A DNA stretch of 64,000 nt from a bacterium (GTDB taxonomy: Bacteria > Patescibacteriota > Microgenomatia > Curtissbacterales > GWA2-41-24): NCBI GenBank assembly GCA_021813125.1, contig JAKALT010000002.1, positions 11,424 to 75,423 on the forward strand, in the 5' to 3' direction. Within the stretch, counting starts at the first letter, position 1. Each line of letters opens with the position of its first letter. Shown piece by piece: positions 58,991-64,000 of the stretch. Position numbers and translations under genes: made by a program. The notes below the pieces were generated by a model that had not been told where the DNA came from, did no database searches, and was given only the letters and a program-made list of their open reading frames with translations.

Positions 58991-59036
58991 AAGGCCAGGC
59001 CTTTGTTAAGAAACCCCTAAGATAAGGCCTGGCCTT
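58991..59036. repeat. palindromic element copy B: AAGGCCAGGCC-(24 nt)-GGCCTGGCCTT
   Basis: Arms at 58991-59001 and 59026-59036 in the divergent htpX/yjbQ intergenic region. It closely resembles copy A at 33697-33748. Confidence 0.35.
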
Positions 59037-59091
59037 TGCACCGTCTTTTGACTTTTCATAAATTGTGTGTGTAAAATCTAAAGGTTAACGG

Positions 59092-59622
59092 ATGAAGGCC
59101 TTTTTAAAAGAGCTGAAGTTCAAGTCCACAAAGCCTACTTATTTTTTGGACATCACGCCAGACATCAACGCCGCAATATCAAAGTCCAAAGTAAAACAAG
59201 GCTTTGTTTTTGTAAACACTAAGCACACAACGCTTGGAATTGTTGTTAATGAAATTGCAGAGCCAAATCTTCTTGAGGATATACTCCATCACACATTGCA
59301 TTCAATTCCTGAAGATAAGAGGTCGACAAGGGTTTCAAAAGACTACAAACACCCCACTACCGACTACAGACACAGATGCCAAGATAACCCTTACTGTAAT
59401 GAAATTGACGAAGACTATAATGCTGCAGCCCATATAAGGGCTCTGGAATTTTCTCACCCAAGTGTAGTTGTGCCGATACTTGCCGGTAAGCTGGAACTTG
59501 GAAAATACCAACAGGTTGCCGCGTTCGAATTTGACGGGCGTGACGGAAAAGGCAAAAACCCTGTCCGTGATAGAACAATACAAGTTTGGATTTGCCCGGC
59601 GGAAAAGATAACGAAAATTTAA
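59092..59622 (+). CDS. YjbQ-family (UPF0047) protein
   Basis: 176 aa with YjbQ-like conserved regions (VNTKHTT ... NEIDEDYNAAAHI). Confidence 0.65.
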   Translation: MKAFLKELKFKSTKPTYFLDITPDINAAISKSKVKQGFVFVNTKHTTLGIVVNEIAEPNLLEDILHHTLHSIPEDKRSTRVSKDYKHPTTDYRHRCQDNPYCNEIDEDYNAAAHIRALEFSHPSVVVPILAGKLELGKYQQVAAFEFDGRDGKGKNPVRDRTIQVWICPAEKITKI

Positions 59623-59628
59623 ACGTTG

Positions 59629-60699
59629 TTAAACTTTGCTTTTAATTTCCTGGGCTAAATAGGGATTCCACATTGCGCCGGTTGCGCTCATAACACAATC
59701 CGCTCCGGCTTTTTTGTACTCTTGATAATCTTTGGCATTTAGAACGCCACCGACGCCGGTGATGCTGAATCTGTAATTTTTCTTGTCTTTGATTGATTTT
59801 AACCTTTTGACCGTATCGAGTCCCGCCCATTTGATTCCATATCCGCAAACACCGCTTCGTAATCGGTTAGGCCCGGGAAGAGCTTGATTGCCATCTTCGT
59901 CTACAATCGTTGCCTGAAGTGTGTTAATACCCGCAACATCGTTAGCATATTCGTTGGCAATTTCTGCGAGTTTTTGCAAATCTTTCTCACTTTTGTAATA
60001 TCCGATCTTTAAGATCAAGGGGGTATTTCCGATTTCTTTTCTGATTCCTTTGACAACTTTTTCTGTGACTGGAAGGTTGTAGCAGACCAAGCCTTCGTTG
60101 CCGATGTTGGGACATGAAAGGTTTGCCTCCAAAACTTTGGCACCTGTTTCGTGTGCCAGCTTTGCCACTAGTGTGAAATCTTCAATAAATTGGTTCTGGG
60201 TCTGGTCTTTTTTGACCGTTCCCATAAAACTTAAGACCATCAGTTGGCCTTTTTTTGCATAGCTTATGGCTTTTTTGACATCTTCTTGCCAAATTTCCGG
60301 TTTCCTGGATGGAACACCAAATGAATTGGTAATGGAAATGGGATCCTGGTAATTTTCATCGGCAGTCACTTCTTTTTCCAACCGTTTTAGCTTTAAATCT
60401 TTTTCCCGGAAATGGACAGACAGGATGTTTGGAAATGCATGACAGGGGAATACATTTGCACGTACGGTTTTGTAAACACAAACGTCAAAACCTTTTTCGA
60501 ATGCTGATTTTATAAATTTACTGTTTAAGAGGGGGCCGGCGGGGATACCGAAGGGCAGATAAACTTTATGCCCCAAAAAATCATATTGAGGTTCGCCTTT
60601 TTGAATGTTTACTTTTCCGTCTGCAAAAGCACCGAATGGACCTTCATCGTAATTTTCCTCGTAAGAAATTGTGGGATCATAAAAAGGAACTTGAAGCAT
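59629..60699 (-). CDS. pyrD: dihydroorotate dehydrogenase, class 1 (Cys active-site base)
   Basis: NLSCPN active-site motif and a TIM-barrel length. Confidence 0.8.
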   Translation of the reverse strand: MLQVPFYDPTISYEENYDEGPFGAFADGKVNIQKGEPQYDFLGHKVYLPFGIPAGPLLNSKFIKSAFEKGFDVCVYKTVRANVFPCHAFPNILSVHFREKDLKLKRLEKEVTADENYQDPISITNSFGVPSRKPEIWQEDVKKAISYAKKGQLMVLSFMGTVKKDQTQNQFIEDFTLVAKLAHETGAKVLEANLSCPNIGNEGLVCYNLPVTEKVVKGIRKEIGNTPLILKIGYYKSEKDLQKLAEIANEYANDVAGINTLQATIVDEDGNQALPGPNRLRSGVCGYGIKWAGLDTVKRLKSIKDKKNYRFSITGVGGVLNAKDYQEYKKAGADCVMSATGAMWNPYLAQEIKSKV

Positions 60700-60726
60700 T
60701 TTGCCTATTTTAACCTACAAAGCGGA

Positions 60727-61389
60727 CTATTCAAACCCCATCTTTTTGCCCCAGCTGCGGGGATCTTGTGCCCATGTAAGAATTGTTGATACCTGATCTT
60801 TTTTTAAATAACCTTTTCTTGCTGCAACCTTTGCTGCAGTTTCGAGATCGGAAAGCGCGTGTAGTTTAACTTTGGCTTTTTTAAGGTTTTCTTTGGACTC
60901 TTCCATTTGGTATGTAAAAATTGCAAGCTCGTCGGTTACTTTAGCCCCTAATTTTCTAAGGGCTTCGATTACCCTAACGGAAGACCCTGCCGTAGAAACC
61001 AAATCTTCGATGACAAGGACCTGTTGTCCCCTTTTAATTTGACCTTCTACTTGATTGCCACGTCCATGTTCTTTTGGTTGTGAACGAACATAAACCATTG
61101 GGATATTTAATTTTTGGGCAATAAAGGCGGCATGAGGAATTCCTGCCGTTGCGGTTCCCGCAACAACATCCGGAATGCCTATTTTTTTTACTTCGGTAAT
61201 TAAAAAATTTACTATTTGATCGCGTGATTTTGGATGAGAAATGATCAAGCGGTTGTCTGTATAAACGGGGCTTAAAATACCTGAGTCGAATTTGAAAGGC
61301 TTGTTTCTGGAAAACAAAATGGCGCCGATGTCCAAGAGAATTTCTGCAACTTTTTGTGATGTCTTAATTTCTGTATTTGTTGATTTCAT
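60727..61389 (-). CDS. pyrE: orotate phosphoribosyltransferase
   Basis: PRPP-binding VLVIEDLVSTAGS. Confidence 0.9.
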   Translation of the reverse strand: MKSTNTEIKTSQKVAEILLDIGAILFSRNKPFKFDSGILSPVYTDNRLIISHPKSRDQIVNFLITEVKKIGIPDVVAGTATAGIPHAAFIAQKLNIPMVYVRSQPKEHGRGNQVEGQIKRGQQVLVIEDLVSTAGSSVRVIEALRKLGAKVTDELAIFTYQMEESKENLKKAKVKLHALSDLETAAKVAARKGYLKKDQVSTILTWAQDPRSWGKKMGFE

Positions 61390-62149
61390 TTTTTAAATCC
61401 TCTGCTGTCTTTTTGGGATCTTCGGCGTAAATTATGCCGCGTGAACTATTTATTATCAAGCCGTTTCCGTTGCCGGTTAATCCATTTTCGAGCGTCGCTT
61501 TTAAGTCTCCACCCTGGGCACCAATGCCAGCTATCAGAAACGGCATCTCTGGTGCAAGTTTTCTCAGAACCCCTATTTCTTGCGGCCAAGTTGCGCCTAT
61601 TTCCAAAAAGACATTAGGATATTTTTCGCTCCAGCTGATTATTTTTTTGGCAACTTCTACATACAGGGGGGTTTCTCCTACTTTTAGATCTTGGAAATCA
61701 GATGCACCCTGGTTGGATGTCCGGCAAATTACAAAAATCCCTTTATCTTCTCTTTGAAAAAAAGGCTCTAGCGAATCGAATCCGCAATAAGGGGTAACAG
61801 TTACGGCGTCAGCATTTACCATATCGAAAACTTCTCGAACGTACATTTCAGACGTGTGGCCAACATCGTTTCTTTTGGCATCTAGAAGGACCGGGATTTT
61901 CGGATAATTTTTATGGATATAGTTTACAGTTTGGATTAAACTTTCAAGCCCTTTTACGCCTGCGGCTGCATAAAATGCGATCTGAGGTTTATAGCAACAG
62001 ACGGATGATGATGTTTGGTCTATAATCTTTTTATTGAAGTCAAATTGGCTCTGCCCATTTTTAAGTTTTTGTGGATCCGGGTCTAGCCCCACACAGAGCA
62101 GGCTGTCGTTAAGTTTTTGAACCGCTAATAATTTATCGATAAATTTCAC
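61364..62149 (-). CDS. pyrF: orotidine 5'-phosphate decarboxylase
   Basis: LCVGLDPD and DAKRNDVGHT motifs. Confidence 0.85.
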   Translation of the reverse strand: MKFIDKLLAVQKLNDSLLCVGLDPDPQKLKNGQSQFDFNKKIIDQTSSSVCCYKPQIAFYAAAGVKGLESLIQTVNYIHKNYPKIPVLLDAKRNDVGHTSEMYVREVFDMVNADAVTVTPYCGFDSLEPFFQREDKGIFVICRTSNQGASDFQDLKVGETPLYVEVAKKIISWSEKYPNVFLEIGATWPQEIGVLRKLAPEMPFLIAGIGAQGGDLKATLENGLTGNGNGLIINSSRGIIYAEDPKKTAEDLKNEINKYRN

Positions 62150-63054
62150 TGAAGCTCTTCTTTAAGGCAGTCTGCAATAATTCCAGACACTGAAACTGTT
62201 TCTATTTTTTTACTTTTGTTTTCATTTTTAATACTGTCGGTTACAAAAATTTTGTCGATTTGGCTTGCTTCAAGATTTTTTATGGCATCACCCGCAAATA
62301 CCCCGTGAGTAGCACACACGATAACTTTCTTAACCCCTTTTTTCTTTAGAGAGTTAGCACTTTCTATAATTGTTCCCCCTGTTGAGATTACGTCGTCTAT
62401 TATGATTGCTGTGTCACCGGAAACTTCACCGGAGATCGAAAGTACTTCCATGTGATCCCTGACATTTGCTTGCCTCCGTTTTTCAATTACCGCAAGGGGT
62501 GCATTTAGGATTGCCGCAAAATTTCGCGCTCTTTTAACGCCACCCTCATCCGGCGCAACTACCAGCGGATTTTTGAACTGCTCCTTTTTAAGAGCTTCTG
62601 CTAAGGTTCCGAGCCCAGAAAGATAAATAACCGGCACATTAAAAAAACCAACAATTGCATCTGCGTGAAGGTCAAGACAAATAACTTTGTTTACTCCGCT
62701 TGCAATTATTAAATCCGCTATAACTTTTGCCGAAATTGGTTCTCCCCGACGTGTCTGCTTTTCTTTTCTGGAGTAGCCAAGATAAGGAATAATTGCCGTG
62801 ACTTTATGGGCCCCCGACCTCCTGAGTGCATCTGCAATAAGTGAAAGTTCGATTATATTGTCGTTTACCGGTATAGAGTTTGACTGCAAGATAAAAACCG
62901 TTGAATTGTTGACGTCGTCTTCTATCCATACATCTATTTCGGTATCGGAAAACATACCAAGATCGATTTTTCCTAAAGGTATTTTTGATTTTTGAGAAAC
63001 GAGTTTGGCTAGTGGTAAATTTGAGGACCCTGCGAATATTTTTGGGGAATTCAT
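62146..63054 (-). CDS. prs: ribose-phosphate pyrophosphokinase
   Basis: Canonical Prs motifs: DLHADAIVGFF, IIDDVISTGGT. Confidence 0.95.
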   Translation of the reverse strand: MNSPKIFAGSSNLPLAKLVSQKSKIPLGKIDLGMFSDTEIDVWIEDDVNNSTVFILQSNSIPVNDNIIELSLIADALRRSGAHKVTAIIPYLGYSRKEKQTRRGEPISAKVIADLIIASGVNKVICLDLHADAIVGFFNVPVIYLSGLGTLAEALKKEQFKNPLVVAPDEGGVKRARNFAAILNAPLAVIEKRRQANVRDHMEVLSISGEVSGDTAIIIDDVISTGGTIIESANSLKKKGVKKVIVCATHGVFAGDAIKNLEASQIDKIFVTDSIKNENKSKKIETVSVSGIIADCLKEELQ

Positions 63055-63058
63055 CGAT

Positions 63059-63646
63059 TTAGAATTTCACTTTGACGTCGGCCCTCGCACCCTCATCTGC
63101 TTCAAAAAACAGTTCATCTTTAAATCCAAGCATGTTGGCAATTAGAACATTCGGGAAAACTTTAATTTTTGTGTTGTAATCCATGACGTTTGAGTTGTAA
63201 AACTGCCTTGCTGCCGCTACTTTAGTTTCTGTGTCCGAAAGTTCTTCCTGGAGTTCTTTAAAATTTTCCGATGCCCTTAAGTTTGGGTAAGCTTCTGCCA
63301 CTGCAAAAAGACTTTTTAGGGCGCCTGTCAGCATGTTATTTGCAGATGCCGCTTCTTTTGGAGTTTTTGCTCCTACTAACGCAGACCTCGCCTTGGTAAC
63401 ATTTTCAAAAACCTCTTTTTCGTGTTTTGCATATCCTTTGACAGTTTCCATTAAATTGGGAATAAGTGAGGACCTTCGCTTTAGTTGAACGTCTATTTGT
63501 GACCATGCTTCCTTAACGCGGATTCTTGCAGTAACTAGGCCGTTATAAAGGACCCAGATATAAATTAATATAATTGCAACTACCCCAAGTACTACTAAGT
63601 TTGATGGCATGGTTGTATCATACTCCAAATATTTTACTGAATTCAA
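63059..63646 (-). CDS. lemA: LemA-family protein
   Basis: An N-terminal TM segment then LemA-like helical regions. Confidence 0.8.
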   Translation of the reverse strand: MNSVKYLEYDTTMPSNLVVLGVVAIILIYIWVLYNGLVTARIRVKEAWSQIDVQLKRRSSLIPNLMETVKGYAKHEKEVFENVTKARSALVGAKTPKEAASANNMLTGALKSLFAVAEAYPNLRASENFKELQEELSDTETKVAAARQFYNSNVMDYNTKIKVFPNVLIANMLGFKDELFFEADEGARADVKVKF

Positions 63647-64000
63647 GCCAAGGCAGGGTATTGGCGATATCTTTGCCTTCTGCCCATCCGCGTCTTGCGA
63701 CCGATACTCCGAATTCCATGTTGTCCATTTGGGCTGTATCGTGGGCGTCGGTGTTTATGATCAGTTTTACTTTTGCGCCAATTGCTTCTTTGACTAAAAT
63801 GTCAGGAAGGTCCAGGCGATTTGGCCAGGCATTAATTTCTAACATCGTGTTTGTTTTCACGCAGACTTTAAACACTTCTTGCCAATTGGCATCAGAAGAA
63901 TCCCTTTGCAAAAGTAGCCTATTTGTCGGATGTGAAATAACGTTTACATAAGGAGATTCACAGGCTTTAAGAATCCTTTTTGTTATGAGTTCTCTTGGTT
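63618..64000 (-). CDS. PHP-domain protein (PolX C-terminal PHP-like), N-terminus beyond window edge
   Basis: Manual extension of the track ORF: the frame stays open to position 64000. It contains [11 protein letters not shown] and IINTDAHD, typical of PHP phosphoesterase domains. It overlaps lemA by 29 nt. Confidence 0.5.
   Translation of the reverse strand, partial: PRELITKRILKACESPYVNVISHPTNRLLLQRDSSDANWQEVFKVCVKTNTMLEINAWPNRLDLPDILVKEAIGAKVKLIINTDAHDTAQMDNMEFGVSVARRGWAEGKDIANTLPWLEFSKIFGV

Noticed and set aside
63574-63951. 125-aa plus-strand ORF at the right edge
   Set aside because: It overlaps lemA and the PHP-domain gene on the opposite strand, where clear family motifs exist.
1-64000. 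CRISPR arrays, rRNA genes and IS/transposase genes
   Set aside because: I see no regularly spaced direct repeats, no rRNA-like conserved segments, and no transposase or integrase-like ORFs anywhere in the window.

Overview
This 64-kb window is AT-rich and gene-dense, with short or overlapping intergenic junctions. Most of it is core housekeeping sequence from what looks like a small-genome bacterium; the gene set and several shortened proteins suggest a CPR/Patescibacteria-like organism, but that is inference only. I see four tRNA genes and no rRNA or CRISPR array.

Core content:
- DNA repair and replication: uvrC, uvrA, uvrB with a divergent lexA, dinB, xseA/xseB, dnaE, rnhB and yraN.
- Translation-related: rplS and gatCAB.
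- Lower glycolysis/gluconeogenesis: gpmI, eno and ppsA.
- Pyrimidine and PRPP: pyrD, pyrE, pyrF and prs.
- Others: rsmI, htpX, lemA, mntH, dedA, secG, a rhomboid protease, a matrixin, and many envelope or membrane proteins.
- tRNAs: Arg(TCT), His(GTG), Lys(TTT) and Glu(TTC).

The standout region is an accessory island at about 1-7.35 kb, lying just upstream of the tRNA-Arg/tRNA-His pair.
- Leftward operon: a tightly coupled three-gene operon encodes a small putative beta-grasp (Ubl-like) protein, a cysteine-free UBC-fold (E2/UEV-like) protein, and a JAB/MPN metalloprotease fused to an E1 (ThiF/MoeB-type) adenylyltransferase. The E1 gene runs off the left edge of the window.
- Rightward operon: it is divergently transcribed from a second LexA-family repressor paralog that heads a co-directional cytosine-5 methyltransferase, PD-(D/E)xK restriction endonuclease and Vsr operon.
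- Shared intergenic region: a 5-bp-arm palindrome (ATACC-N11-GGTAT) overlaps the predicted -10 of the promoter for the LexA paralog.
- Downstream: a 565-aa multi-zinc-ribbon protein of unknown function, paired with a divergent XRE regulator.

Elsewhere I note a three-copy palindromic element family (AAGGYCAGRYC...GRYCTGRCCTT), a tandem pair of GNRA-loop hairpins, and a short unknown segment 3' of tRNA-Glu. All functional calls come from motif reading of the translated ORFs by eye. No database searches were run.
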